64,000 bases of DNA from an uncultured Gammaproteobacteria bacterium (GCA_964355275.1 CAYHCB010000002.1:6639-70638); one strand, 5' to 3'; counted from the first letter of the stretch, positions 27,956 to 37,304 are shown. Program-made: numbers and translations. The notes: generated by a model not told the origin, from the sequence alone.

Positions 27956-30900
27956 ATGCGTGCCAAAATTATTAATCTCAAAAATTTAAGTATTGGTTTG
28001 CTCGCAGTTTGTGCTATTTTTGTTTTCTTAATTTTGCAAACAAAAGCGGCGGAGCAATCTGATGCGATTGCAGTCAGAGTCATGCCTAATCCTAGTCATG
28101 ATAGTATTGGCACTTGGTATGCCAATCAAGGTTTTAGAGGATCACCCCAAAGTTTAATTGTTGATGGTTATGAAGCAATTCGTGATGGCCGCACAGTTTT
28201 TATAAATGCTGCTAATTTAGATTCAGATAATAATAAGTTATATACTAATATATATTTAATTTCTTATAATCAGGAATCAGCTGAAAAAACAGTAGATATT
28301 TTAGGCCAATTAGTTTCTCATTGGAAGTTTAATAATAATGCTGCAACTACTGGTTTTTGTACTATTTCTAAATTAACTTGTCAGGCTGACTCCGATTGTC
28401 CTAAAAATTATTTGTGTGAAAATTCCTCTGGTGAACCTAATGAAGGAAAATGTATTTTTAAAGAAGAACATGCTTGTAACCCCTTAAGTGAGGCACCATG
28501 TAATAAAACAAAAAATAAAACTTGTTTGATAGATAGTGATTGTCCAGTCAATTTATTTTGCGATAGCTTAAAAGCTAAAATAACTAGAGATGTTAAACGC
28601 TTGGGCGATTTTAATAAAATAAAGGAGGCGATAGATTTATATAAAGTAAATAATGGAAATTATCCTGACTTACAATCTGGTACTTATGTTTTAGGTAGCA
28701 GTATTTCTGTTTGGCCTAGCTGGAAGGATACACTTTGGCCAAAACTTAAATTAGATAAATTAATTGTGGACCCTATAAATACTTTAGGTTATTGCGCTGG
28801 TTACGACCCGACAACTTGTTGGAATAAGGATACCAACCAATTTTTTAGCAGTGAATTAGTATTACCATATGGTAGTTATGCTTTTATTTATAAGTCTACT
28901 AAAAATGGAGTTAACTATGATTTGTGTGGTGTGTTTGAAGCTAAAGATGCTGGCTATGATACCGCTGAAGGACAACTAACCTCTAAATCATGTAATGTGG
29001 GGGCTGGTTATGGTGGCAGCAATACTAATACTGAGCCAAAATTAATTAGCTCTTACACTAATGGTGAGACTGGTAAAGAGTTTAATGGTTATGTAAAGGC
29101 TGCCGATTTAGAGGGCGATTTTATATCTTGGACTTTAACACCAATAACCCCTGCCGGCAGTTGGACTGGTTGGAGTGGTCTACCGGTTTTGAAAGATGCT
29201 GGTGACATTAATCAGAAGAAAATATATGCTTTAAAAGCAGGCAATCAAGGCGCCTATAAAATGCTTTTAGAATTAAAAGATAGTCGTGGAGCAGCGACTA
29301 CCAGCGAGTTAACTTTTAATATTAGTCCTGCTAATAAACCTAAAATTGAAGCTGAAAATGCTGATTATTTTGTTGATCCACTGAATCTTTTTAAATATAC
29401 TTTTTATCTTCAAGGTAGTGATTCAATACCAACTTATACTTTTTTACCAGTAAATCCCACAGGTGATAATCCATTATTAAAGGCTAATATTGCGGCGGCG
29501 GCAACAACTCTAACCCCAATTGGTTTAAATCGGGTTAAAGTTGATCTCTTAATTTTTATTCCCACCTCAACTCCGGTAATTTCTGATGTTACAATTCCTT
29601 ATAAAATTACGGCTACTACTAATGGCTCTCCGGCTACTAAAGATATAAATCTTAATTTTAAAATTGAACAACCTTATTTAGATTTTCAGTGCGAAAACAT
29701 GGCGCGTTTAGGCAAGGCTTATCAAATTAGTCAAAACAATGTTCCTCGTTCCTGTTTGTTGGGTAATTTAAAAAGTGGTAATCATAGTTTACGTTATACT
29801 GTCACTGGCCCATCTGGTTTATTAATTCGTAATGATGATTCTAATGCTTATTTAGAGTCTAACTATATTTCAGCCGGCACGGTTGAAAATAATGTCAAAA
29901 TAAAAGTTGTTAATGAATATGCGGCTAATACTGAGAAAACTTTTAATTTAAAAGTGAATACTTTTTGCGGCGATGGGGTAAAACAAAAAGATAACGGTCC
30001 AAATACAGAAGGTCGCGGTGGCCTGTTAAATGATGGTATGGAGTCTTGCGATGGCGCCCAGGGGGTTCAAACTAATGCCATAAGTACTTCATCAGAGATA
30101 CAATATGGTTGTGCCACCGAAATTGGGACTAACTCACCTTATCCAATTATCGATAATAATAATTGTGTCTTTAAGCCTGCTGATGCGGGAGGTGGTTTTT
30201 GCGGCGACGGTGTTTGTCAGTTCCAAATTTTAGCTAATGGTCAACCGAAGTTAATGGAAAATTGTTGGAATTGTAGTCAGGATTGCGGAACTTGTTTAGC
30301 CACAATAATTTCTAAAGCTGATAATGAACACATTGCTTATACAAATAGTAAGCGTCTCTATAAGCAACAAATATCCGATGCCACTTCTACGGCAACAACT
30401 ACTTTAGTTGCCGGAGAAAACGTTTTTTCTTTTTGGACTCATAATTTTTATGATAATCAATATGGTTTAGCTTTTTTAATAAATTTTGGGCCCTTACCAA
30501 CTAGCACTAATGTTAACCCACCTATTTTTGCTACTTTTAATTCTAGTCACTCTGCCTTAAAATGCACTTCAACCCCTATCTCGCCTAGTGGTAGTAATTC
30601 AGACGATGGTTTTGACCCCGCTAATATTTTAAAAGACGGAAATTATAATTGGACCGATATTGGTTTTAGTCAAAATTGGCCAATTCATTCTAATACTAGT
30701 CATCAGCCACCATATTCCGCTGGCACTTTTATTCCTTTTGTTTGGGATAGCGGTGGAAAGTCAGTTGGGTATTCTAGCTCTTGTCGCCTATCTTTTACAT
30801 ATAACCCTTATAACACCGGAGCTTGTCAGCCTGATTGCGCTGGCAAAACCTGCGGTTCTAATGGTTGCGGCGCTTCTTGCGGATCCTGTACCGCTGGTCA

Positions 30901-31495
30901 AGAATGTTCACCAACCGGTAATTGCGTTTGTAGCCCTAATTGTAATAATAAATGCGGTGGTTCTAATGGTTGCGGTGGTTCTTGCCCTAATAATTGTCAA
31001 TTACCAGAAACCTGCGGCGGCGGTGGCGTTCCTAATGTTTGTGGCATATCTGGTTCTTGCGGCGATTCTCAGTGTGGCGACGGAGAAACCTCACTTTCTT
31101 GCCCAATTGATTGCCCAGGGTGCTGTTTAGATCTTTTAAATAGCCCACATAATTGTACTACTGTTTGGTGCGCGGAGTTAGGCTCTAATAGTTTCTGTAC
31201 CCTAGATTGTGATGAAGGATTATTTTATTTTAGTGATAATTTTACTGGTTACGGTGATATTGGTAATAACTGTAAATCAAAAGAGACGGAAGTAAAATGT
31301 GGCCATGGGGCTCACTGCGGTTGGTTAAATGCTCTCCCACAGTGCGTTACTCAGGGAATGAATGGTGGTGGCGGGTCTGGTTATTGTGGTGATAATATCT
31401 GTAACAATGGGGAAACTTATATGACTTGCTGTCTTGATTGTGGTACGCCTACCCAGAGATGCTATCTTGAAGATCCTGGTGGGGGCACTAACTAA
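27956..31495 (+). CDS. Secreted 1179-aa Cys-rich protein with an internal type IV pilin / T2SS pseudopilin-like globular domain and C-terminal CGxxGCGxSC / CGDGxC repeats
   Basis: Sec-type signal (..LQTKA-AEQ). aa 207-330 ITRDVKRLGDFNKIKEAIDLYKVNNGNYPDL... matches the RDxxRxxDLxxIxxALxxYxxxNGxYP pilin-head pattern but lacks a G/FTLIE prepilin leader. CQPDCAGKTCGSNGCGASCGSCTAGQEC and FCGDGVCQ..., CGDSQCGDGETSLSCPIDC, YCGDNICNNGETYMTCCLDC. Confidence 0.6.
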   Translation: MRAKIINLKNLSIGLLAVCAIFVFLILQTKAAEQSDAIAVRVMPNPSHDSIGTWYANQGFRGSPQSLIVDGYEAIRDGRTVFINAANLDSDNNKLYTNIYLISYNQESAEKTVDILGQLVSHWKFNNNAATTGFCTISKLTCQADSDCPKNYLCENSSGEPNEGKCIFKEEHACNPLSEAPCNKTKNKTCLIDSDCPVNLFCDSLKAKITRDVKRLGDFNKIKEAIDLYKVNNGNYPDLQSGTYVLGSSISVWPSWKDTLWPKLKLDKLIVDPINTLGYCAGYDPTTCWNKDTNQFFSSELVLPYGSYAFIYKSTKNGVNYDLCGVFEAKDAGYDTAEGQLTSKSCNVGAGYGGSNTNTEPKLISSYTNGETGKEFNGYVKAADLEGDFISWTLTPITPAGSWTGWSGLPVLKDAGDINQKKIYALKAGNQGAYKMLLELKDSRGAATTSELTFNISPANKPKIEAENADYFVDPLNLFKYTFYLQGSDSIPTYTFLPVNPTGDNPLLKANIAAAATTLTPIGLNRVKVDLLIFIPTSTPVISDVTIPYKITATTNGSPATKDINLNFKIEQPYLDFQCENMARLGKAYQISQNNVPRSCLLGNLKSGNHSLRYTVTGPSGLLIRNDDSNAYLESNYISAGTVENNVKIKVVNEYAANTEKTFNLKVNTFCGDGVKQKDNGPNTEGRGGLLNDGMESCDGAQGVQTNAISTSSEIQYGCATEIGTNSPYPIIDNNNCVFKPADAGGGFCGDGVCQFQILANGQPKLMENCWNCSQDCGTCLATIISKADNEHIAYTNSKRLYKQQISDATSTATTTLVAGENVFSFWTHNFYDNQYGLAFLINFGPLPTSTNVNPPIFATFNSSHSALKCTSTPISPSGSNSDDGFDPANILKDGNYNWTDIGFSQNWPIHSNTSHQPPYSAGTFIPFVWDSGGKSVGYSSSCRLSFTYNPYNTGACQPDCAGKTCGSNGCGASCGSCTAGQECSPTGNCVCSPNCNNKCGGSNGCGGSCPNNCQLPETCGGGGVPNVCGISGSCGDSQCGDGETSLSCPIDCPGCCLDLLNSPHNCTTVWCAELGSNSFCTLDCDEGLFYFSDNFTGYGDIGNNCKSKETEVKCGHGAHCGWLNALPQCVTQGMNGGGGSGYCGDNICNNGETYMTCCLDCGTPTQRCYLEDPGGGTN

Positions 31496-31516
31496 AATTC
31501 AAATTAATTTTTTTAT

Positions 31517-31792
31517 ATGATACAATTAGACAATAAGAAAAAATTTTTTATAATCTTGGCTGCTATTATAGTAGTGGCGTTATTAATTTTTATTTTAAGT
31601 AGAGTAAAAAATAATAAAAATATTATTGAACCAGACGTTTTGGTTATAGGCGACACACAAACAAAGGGTTTGCCGACAAGACTTATGACCGAGGAAGAAA
31701 AAATTTATAAAGTTGGTATTGATCCTGCTCAGGAGGTTGAAGTTTTAAAAGATCAGGATGGTCTTTATAATTATCGCTTGAAAAATAAATAA
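31517..31792 (+). CDS. Small single-pass membrane protein (91 aa)
   Basis: N-terminal TM (FFIILAAIIVVALLIFIL) and short soluble tail. It sits 21 nt after the previous ORF in the same-strand block. Confidence 0.4.
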   Translation: MIQLDNKKKFFIILAAIIVVALLIFILSRVKNNKNIIEPDVLVIGDTQTKGLPTRLMTEEEKIYKVGIDPAQEVEVLKDQDGLYNYRLKNK

Positions 31793-31813
31793 AAATTTTT
31801 AAATAACTATTTT

Positions 31814-32611
31814 ATGTTTAATGACTTAAATCAAACAGGTCAGCCTGCCCCACAAGCTCCAGTAGATGATATTTTTGCTGAAACTGATAAAAATGCCGAG
31901 GCTAAAAAGTTTTCTGGATATTATTCTAACCAGACTACCCCCGGTGTTTTAAATAGTTCTGTAGAAATAGAAACTCAAAGAGTGGGCTTATCGTCGGCCG
32001 AAGATGTTCCGGTATCGTCTAAGGGTAAAATTTTAAAAATAGTTTTAATAATCTTATTAATTTTATTATTGTTAGGGTTAGGTTATTTGGTTTATGCTAA
32101 ATTTTTAACAGGTGCAAAAACTGATAATAATTTAGCTTTAACCTCAACCACTACGGCCACTACTTCGGTAATTAAAGAAGAATCTAAAATCACTTTCGGC
32201 CAAGATTTAACTGTAAACGAAGTGGCCACCGAAACTGTCCCGGTTAGTGAAGAGGTTGTCGTTATCCCGTCTATTCCCATTGCCACAACTACTCCACCGG
32301 TTAGTAATTTAACTGATTTTGATGATGATGGTTTAACTGACGAAGAAGAAAATATTTTAGGTACTGATATTAACCTTAAAGATACTGATACCGATGGTCT
32401 CTCTGATTATGAAGAAGTAAAAATTTATAATACTAATCCCAATAAAATAGATACTGATGGTGATCTTTTATCAGATTATGAAGAAGTAAAAATTTATAAA
32501 ACCGATCCTCTTAAAGTAGATACTGATGGTGATACTTATTCTGATGGTGCAGAAGTACAAGGTGGCTACAATCCACTTGGTACTGGTAAAATGACAGACG
32601 TTCCTAAATAA
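31814..32611 (+). CDS. Membrane-anchored protein with thrombospondin type-3-like calcium-binding repeats
   Basis: Central TM (ILKIVLIILLILLLLGLGYLVYA), Thr-rich linker, then DFDDDGLTDEEE, DTDTDGLSDYEEVKIYNTNP, DTDGDLLSDYEEVKIYKTDP, DTDGDTYSDGAEV (DxDxDG-type acidic repeats). Confidence 0.6.
   Translation: MFNDLNQTGQPAPQAPVDDIFAETDKNAEAKKFSGYYSNQTTPGVLNSSVEIETQRVGLSSAEDVPVSSKGKILKIVLIILLILLLLGLGYLVYAKFLTGAKTDNNLALTSTTTATTSVIKEESKITFGQDLTVNEVATETVPVSEEVVVIPSIPIATTTPPVSNLTDFDDDGLTDEEENILGTDINLKDTDTDGLSDYEEVKIYNTNPNKIDTDGDLLSDYEEVKIYKTDPLKVDTDGDTYSDGAEVQGGYNPLGTGKMTDVPK
32381..32557 (+). repeat. 69-nt (23-codon) tandem repeat, 2.5 units, encoding the DTDGDxxSDYEEVKIY(N/K)T(N/D)P calcium-binding repeat
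   Basis: Units start at 32381, 32450 and 32519. The 26-nt block gattatgaagaagtaaaaatttataa is identical at 32405-32430 and 32474-32499. Confidence 0.85.
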
Positions 32612-32645
32612 AATATAGGAACCACTAATTTAAAATAATTTTGGT

Positions 32646-32849
32646 ATGAATAATAGTTTTGTTGAAAAAAATAAACTTAAAAATAAAAATGGTCTTTTTT
32701 CACAGAAAAAACCAGAACGAAAAGTTTCTTTAAGTCTTCATATTATGCCAAAAAGGCGGGAATCAGATGACGTTAAAGTTTTCAGCTGGTTAATTGCCAG
32801 CCTATTAATTATTTCCAGTTTGATTATTTTACTAATGATGTATGTTTAA
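32646..32849 (+). CDS. Small C-terminally anchored hypothetical protein (67 aa)
   Basis: Basic N-terminus and C-terminal TM (FSWLIASLLIISSLIILLMM). Overlaps the next ORF by 8 nt. Weak coding evidence. Confidence 0.3.
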   Translation: MNNSFVEKNKLKNKNGLFSQKKPERKVSLSLHIMPKRRESDDVKVFSWLIASLLIISSLIILLMMYV

Positions 32850-33873
32850 AGGTTTCCAAAAATCTAAAATTACTTTTAACCCTGATAAAAAAATTGAAGA
32901 TAAAATCAGCGCTGACTTTGTTACCCATAATATGCCAGAATCAAATCGTTTTTCTGGTCAGACTTTTTCTGACACAAAAATTACTAGCAGTAATAAATCA
33001 GTGATTATCCCTGAAGTAGCCAGTCATCATAAAATTGGTTTTTTAATAATTGGTGGTGGTCTAGTTTTGGTAGCAGTTTTATTATATTTTGGTTATTCTT
33101 ATTTTGTTAAACCGCTTCTTAATCCAACAGAAGTTCCGGTTGTTAATATAAATACGATAGAAAATAATGAAATCACAACTACTACGAATTTAAAAAATGA
33201 AGATTCTGAAACTATTTCAGATAGTATTATAAGCGATGCTCCTATTATTGCCACCTCTACACCTGTTACACCATCTTCTACGGAACCAATTTTAGCAGAA
33301 GAGCGTCCAGTAGTTTTAGAAACGGTAAAAGTTTCAACAGTTGATTCAGATGCTGACGGTTTAACTGATGATGAGGAAAGAATTGTGGGCACTGACCCTA
33401 ATAAAGCTGACACCGATGATGATGGTTATTTAGATTTAGCTGAACTTAAAAGTGGCTATGATCCGCTTGTTCCTAACCAAAAAATATCAGAAAATTCCTC
33501 AATGCTAAGTTATCAAATTGATCAAGAAGCCAGTATTATTTATCCTTTAACTTGGGATATAAGTAAAAGTGAGGCTAACAATACGATAATTTTTGCTGAT
33601 TCTGATAAAGCCTTTATTCAGGTTTTTTATCAAGATAACCCAGAAAAATTAGCGCCTAATCTTTGGTTCGGTCAGCAATTTTCTGGCGTGACCCCTGGAG
33701 AGTCAGTTAGTGGCCAAACTTGGCAAGGAGTTTATTCTAGCGATGGCTTAGCTGCTTATATATTTAACAAAGATTTTTCAAAAATTTATAATTTTTCTTG
33801 TTCTCCTTTAACGTCTGATACTAGTAGCGTTACCTTATTCCATTTAATGATTAAAACTTTAGTGATTAAATAA
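32842..33873 (+). CDS. Membrane-anchored protein with TSP3-like acidic repeats and a C-terminal globular domain
   Basis: TM (IGFLIIGGGLVLVAVLLYFGY), Thr/Ser-rich linker, DSDADGLTDDEERIVGTDPNKADTDDDGYLDLAELKSGYDP, then a domain of about 130 aa. The architecture parallels ORF 31814. Confidence 0.55.
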   Translation: MFKGFQKSKITFNPDKKIEDKISADFVTHNMPESNRFSGQTFSDTKITSSNKSVIIPEVASHHKIGFLIIGGGLVLVAVLLYFGYSYFVKPLLNPTEVPVVNINTIENNEITTTTNLKNEDSETISDSIISDAPIIATSTPVTPSSTEPILAEERPVVLETVKVSTVDSDADGLTDDEERIVGTDPNKADTDDDGYLDLAELKSGYDPLVPNQKISENSSMLSYQIDQEASIIYPLTWDISKSEANNTIIFADSDKAFIQVFYQDNPEKLAPNLWFGQQFSGVTPGESVSGQTWQGVYSSDGLAAYIFNKDFSKIYNFSCSPLTSDTSSVTLFHLMIKTLVIK

Positions 33874-33885
33874 TTATTACCCAAA

Positions 33886-33917
33886 TAAAAAGACTTGCTT
33901 GTTGGCAAGTCTTTTAT
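33886..33917. terminator. Bidirectional terminator closing the surface locus (convergent with clpP)
   Basis: aaaaAGACTTGCttgttgGCAAGTCTtttat: 8-bp perfect stem and 6-nt loop. Confidence 0.75.
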
Positions 33918-33937
33918 ATTAAAGCAATTCTATTTTT

Positions 33938-34519
33938 TTATTGATTCTTTAGGACAGTATCAATAATGCCATATTTTTTAGCCTCTTCAGCTGACATCCA
34001 GTTATCACGATCACTATCACGTTCGACTTTATCAACTTTTTGTTCGGTGTGTATGGCTAATATTTTATTTAGTTTTTCTTTTGTTTTTAAAATATGTTCT
34101 GCCTGTATTTTAATATCAGAAGCCTGTCCCTCGGCGCCACCCATTACTTGATGAATCATTACTTCGCTATTAGGCAGGGCCATACGTTTTCCCTTAGCTC
34201 CAGCAGCTAGTAAAAGAGAGGCCATTGAAGCGGCGGTACCTAAACAAATAGTAGCGACGTCGGCTTTAATATATTGCATTGTGTCGTAAATAGCTAAACC
34301 TGCAGCGACCGAACCACCAGGAGAGTTAATATAAAATTTAATATCTTTAGTTTTATCTTCCGCGTCTAAAAATAATAATTGAGCAATAATTATATTAGCC
34401 ACATGATCATCGATAGCCTCTCCTAAAAAAATAATACGATCACGAAGTAGGCGAGAATAAATATCATAAGCCCGCTCCATTTGTCCTTCTTTTTCAATAA
34501 CTGTTGGTATAAGTGGCAT
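33938..34519 (-). CDS. clpP: ATP-dependent Clp protease proteolytic subunit
   Basis: [52 protein letters not shown] (catalytic Ser), MIHQ (His). Confidence 0.96.
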   Translation of the reverse strand: MPLIPTVIEKEGQMERAYDIYSRLLRDRIIFLGEAIDDHVANIIIAQLLFLDAEDKTKDIKFYINSPGGSVAAGLAIYDTMQYIKADVATICLGTAASMASLLLAAGAKGKRMALPNSEVMIHQVMGGAEGQASDIKIQAEHILKTKEKLNKILAIHTEQKVDKVERDSDRDNWMSAEEAKKYGIIDTVLKNQ

Positions 34520-34722
34520 ATTTTTATGATTTTAAGTTAAATTATTGAATAATTTAGCCTCTTTATTAATATATTTGGCTTAATTATAATTAAAATATCA
34601 CCTTTTGTAAAGATGTTAATTAAATGTGGTTTTTGCCCATTGATTTTTTATGGGGTTTATTCTAAGCTTTAGAAGCAAAACGCTGTAATTTTTTCGTTTC
34701 GCTTTTTAATTTATAAATTTAT

Positions 34723-36315
34723 ATGCAAAAGCAGTCAAAAAGTTTATTTTCTTCAAAGAAAACTCGTCTACGTTTTACCTTGTTTTTAGTTTTAATTTTT
34801 GCTTTAGTTTCCTTTTTAGGAAGTGCTGGCAACTATTATAATCGCTTTTCTAATGTTTTAGCTCGAGCTACTCATAACGTGGTTATTCTGCCCTTAGCTA
34901 AAGAAATTCCTTTTGTTTTAGGACTTGATTTGCAGGGTGGCACTCAATTAACTTATGAGGCTGATGTCAAAAATATTCTCGAAAAAGATCGCGCCACCTC
35001 TTTAGATGGTGTCCGAGACGTAATCGAGCGTCGCGTTAATTCCACAGGTGTTAGCGAACCAGTAATCCAAGTTAATCGAAGTATTTCTGGCGACTATCGA
35101 GTGATAGTTGAGTTAGCTGGGATTAAAAATGTTGATGAGGCTATTAAATTAATTGGTGAAACTCCTCTTTTAGAATTTAAAGAAACTACCACTGCTACCA
35201 CAAGCCCGATTACTTTGAGTAATAATGGAACCTCAAGTTCTGTTACTTTAGATAGTAGCGGAACCTCAACTGATGTTGCGGCTAATTTAGAGTTAGCCTG
35301 GAAAAATACGGAGCTCACTGGTAAAAATCTTAAAAGCGCTGCTTTAAATTTCAATCCTAATGATGGCACCCCCGAAGTATCTTTAAAATTTGATGAGGAG
35401 GGGTCAAAAATGTTTGAAGCTATTACTAGACGTAATATAAACAAACAAGTAGCCATAGTTTTAGATGGTTACACTATTAGTGCACCAACAGTTAGTCAGG
35501 AAATTAGCGGTGGCGAGGCGGTTATTTCTGGAAAATTTACAATAACCGAAGCTAAACTATTAGTACAAAGACTTAATACTGGAGCCTTACCAGTGCCGAT
35601 TACTTTAATTGGTCAACAAACAGTTGAGGCTAGTTTAGGTCAACAGTCAATTGATAACAGTCTTAAGGCTGGCATGGTTGGTTTTTTATTAGTTGCCTTG
35701 TTCATGATTATTTATTATCGTTTTCCGGGTCTCGTTTCTGTTTTATGTTTAGTTATTTATGTGTTTGCTGTTTTAGCAATCTTTAAGATAATGCCTTGGT
35801 GGATGACAGCGGTATTTTTAGTTTCACTATTTGCTTTATTTATATCCGTATTTAAGGAGCTAAAGATTTTTGATGGTATTTTATCAGCAGCCATGTTTTT
35901 AGTCGTCTTTATTTTCTTGGGTTATTATGCTCATACTGCTGTTACCTTAACTTTAGCCGGCATTACTGGTTTTATTCTCTCTATCGGTATGGCTGTTGAT
36001 GCTAATATTTTAATTTTTGAACGGATGAAAGAAGAACTTAAAAGCGGGAAACCTCTTGATATCGCTATTGATGAAGGCTTTAAACGAGCTTGGCCTTCAA
36101 TTCGTGATGGTAATACTACTACTATTTTAGCTTGCTTTGTTTTAATGAGTTTTGGTACCGGGTTAGTTAAAGGTTTTGGTGCAACTTTATTTTTAGGAGT
36201 TGCAATCTCTATGTTAAGCAGCATTGTTATTACCAGCAGCTTAATGAGAGTCTTTGTTGGTAAATTTTTAGCTAATCATCCTTGGTGGTTAGGTGTTAAA
36301 AAAATTAATAACTAA
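34723..36315 (+). CDS. secD: Protein translocase subunit SecD
   Basis: LGLDLQGGTQLTYEAD, VIERRVNSTGVSEPVIQ, LPVPITLIGQQTVEASLG, C-terminal 6-TM RND-like domain (GITGFILSIGMAVDANILIFERMKEE). Contains a Thr/Ser-rich insertion. Confidence 0.9.
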   Translation: MQKQSKSLFSSKKTRLRFTLFLVLIFALVSFLGSAGNYYNRFSNVLARATHNVVILPLAKEIPFVLGLDLQGGTQLTYEADVKNILEKDRATSLDGVRDVIERRVNSTGVSEPVIQVNRSISGDYRVIVELAGIKNVDEAIKLIGETPLLEFKETTTATTSPITLSNNGTSSSVTLDSSGTSTDVAANLELAWKNTELTGKNLKSAALNFNPNDGTPEVSLKFDEEGSKMFEAITRRNINKQVAIVLDGYTISAPTVSQEISGGEAVISGKFTITEAKLLVQRLNTGALPVPITLIGQQTVEASLGQQSIDNSLKAGMVGFLLVALFMIIYYRFPGLVSVLCLVIYVFAVLAIFKIMPWWMTAVFLVSLFALFISVFKELKIFDGILSAAMFLVVFIFLGYYAHTAVTLTLAGITGFILSIGMAVDANILIFERMKEELKSGKPLDIAIDEGFKRAWPSIRDGNTTTILACFVLMSFGTGLVKGFGATLFLGVAISMLSSIVITSSLMRVFVGKFLANHPWWLGVKKINN

Positions 36316-36337
36316 ACATCTTTTTTACTTTAAATTT

Positions 36338-37243
36338 ATGATTAATTATAAAATTATTAAGTATCGCAAGCTTTGGGTTTTAATTTCCGCTGGTATAGTT
36401 ATTCTTTCAATTATATCTTTATCAGTTTGGGGTTTAAAAGCCGGCCTAGATTTTACTGGTGGTAGTTTACTGGAGGTTAAATTCGCTGGTAATCAGCCAA
36501 CTGTAATGGAGATTCAAAATGGTTTAAAGGATGCGGCGGTAAGTAGTTTAATTGTTCAACCAACTGGTAGTAACTCAGTTATTTTACGTTTTCAAGAAAC
36601 TTCTCAAGAGAAACATTTAGCCGTTATTGATGCTCTAAAAAAGATTGATTCAGCTAAGTTGGGGATGACTGAGATTAGATTTGAGTCTATTGGATCGTCA
36701 GTTGGCGCAGAATTACGAAGTAAATCTTTTTGGGTGATGTTCTTAGTTCTTGTAATTATTATTTTGTATATTTCTGTTGCCTTTAGTAAAGTTTCTAAGC
36801 CAGTGGCTTCTTGGAAGTATGGTTTAATTGCTGTTATTTCTCTATTTCATGATATTTTTATTACCGCTGGTATTTTCGCTATCTTGGGCCATTACTTCGG
36901 GGTAGAAGTAAATACCCCCTTTGTGGTTGCTTTGCTTACAGTGCTAGGTTATAGTGTTCATGATACGATTGTTGTTTTCGATAGAACCAGAGAAAATTTA
37001 CCAAAAAGTCATGATTCTTTCGCTGAAACAGTTAATCACAGTTTAAATCAGACTTTCGTTAGATCAGTTAACACTGTCGTGACCGTTCTTCTGTCCTTAT
37101 CTGCTGTTTTGGTTTTTGGTGGAGCTTCAATTAGAGATTTTGTTTTAGCTTTAATGATTGGTATTTTCTGTGGCGCTTATAGCTCACTATTTCTAGCTAG
37201 TCCATTATTGGTTTATTTTGAAGAGTGGCAGAGAAAAAAATAA
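36338..37243 (+). CDS. secF: Protein translocase subunit SecF
   Basis: GLDFTGGSLLEV, LTVLGYSVHDTIVVFDRTREN. ATG 36338 is chosen because the track start 36293 overlaps the secD 3' end. Confidence 0.9.
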   Translation: MINYKIIKYRKLWVLISAGIVILSIISLSVWGLKAGLDFTGGSLLEVKFAGNQPTVMEIQNGLKDAAVSSLIVQPTGSNSVILRFQETSQEKHLAVIDALKKIDSAKLGMTEIRFESIGSSVGAELRSKSFWVMFLVLVIIILYISVAFSKVSKPVASWKYGLIAVISLFHDIFITAGIFAILGHYFGVEVNTPFVVALLTVLGYSVHDTIVVFDRTRENLPKSHDSFAETVNHSLNQTFVRSVNTVVTVLLSLSAVLVFGGASIRDFVLALMIGIFCGAYSSLFLASPLLVYFEEWQRKK

Positions 37244-37261
37244 GTATCATTTTAACTATAT

Positions 37262-37304
37262 AAAAAGGACTCCTTTGCCAGTTGGCAAATAGGAGTCCTT
37301 TTTA
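37262..37304 (+). terminator. Strong rho-independent terminator after secF
   Basis: aaaaaGGACTCCTTTGCCAgtTGGCAAATAGGAGTCCttttt: long imperfect hairpin followed by a T-tract. Confidence 0.8.

Noticed and set aside
21693-31130. Cluster of antisense or alternative-frame ORFs inside the giant Cys-rich genes (21693-21884, 22731-22937, 23516-23982, 24889-25304, 25575-25775, 26734-26937, 30660-31130).
   Set aside because: They coincide with the locally GC-richer, Cys/Gly/Thr-codon-dense stretches that deplete stop codons in other frames. The main frames are continuous for 2.7-6.6 kb with recognisable domains.
18552-33873. Diversity-generating retroelement (common in CPR surface-protein loci).
   Set aside because: No reverse transcriptase ORF is present in the window, and I found no template/variable repeat pair (near-identical about 100-nt repeats differing at A positions) at the 3' ends of the surface genes.
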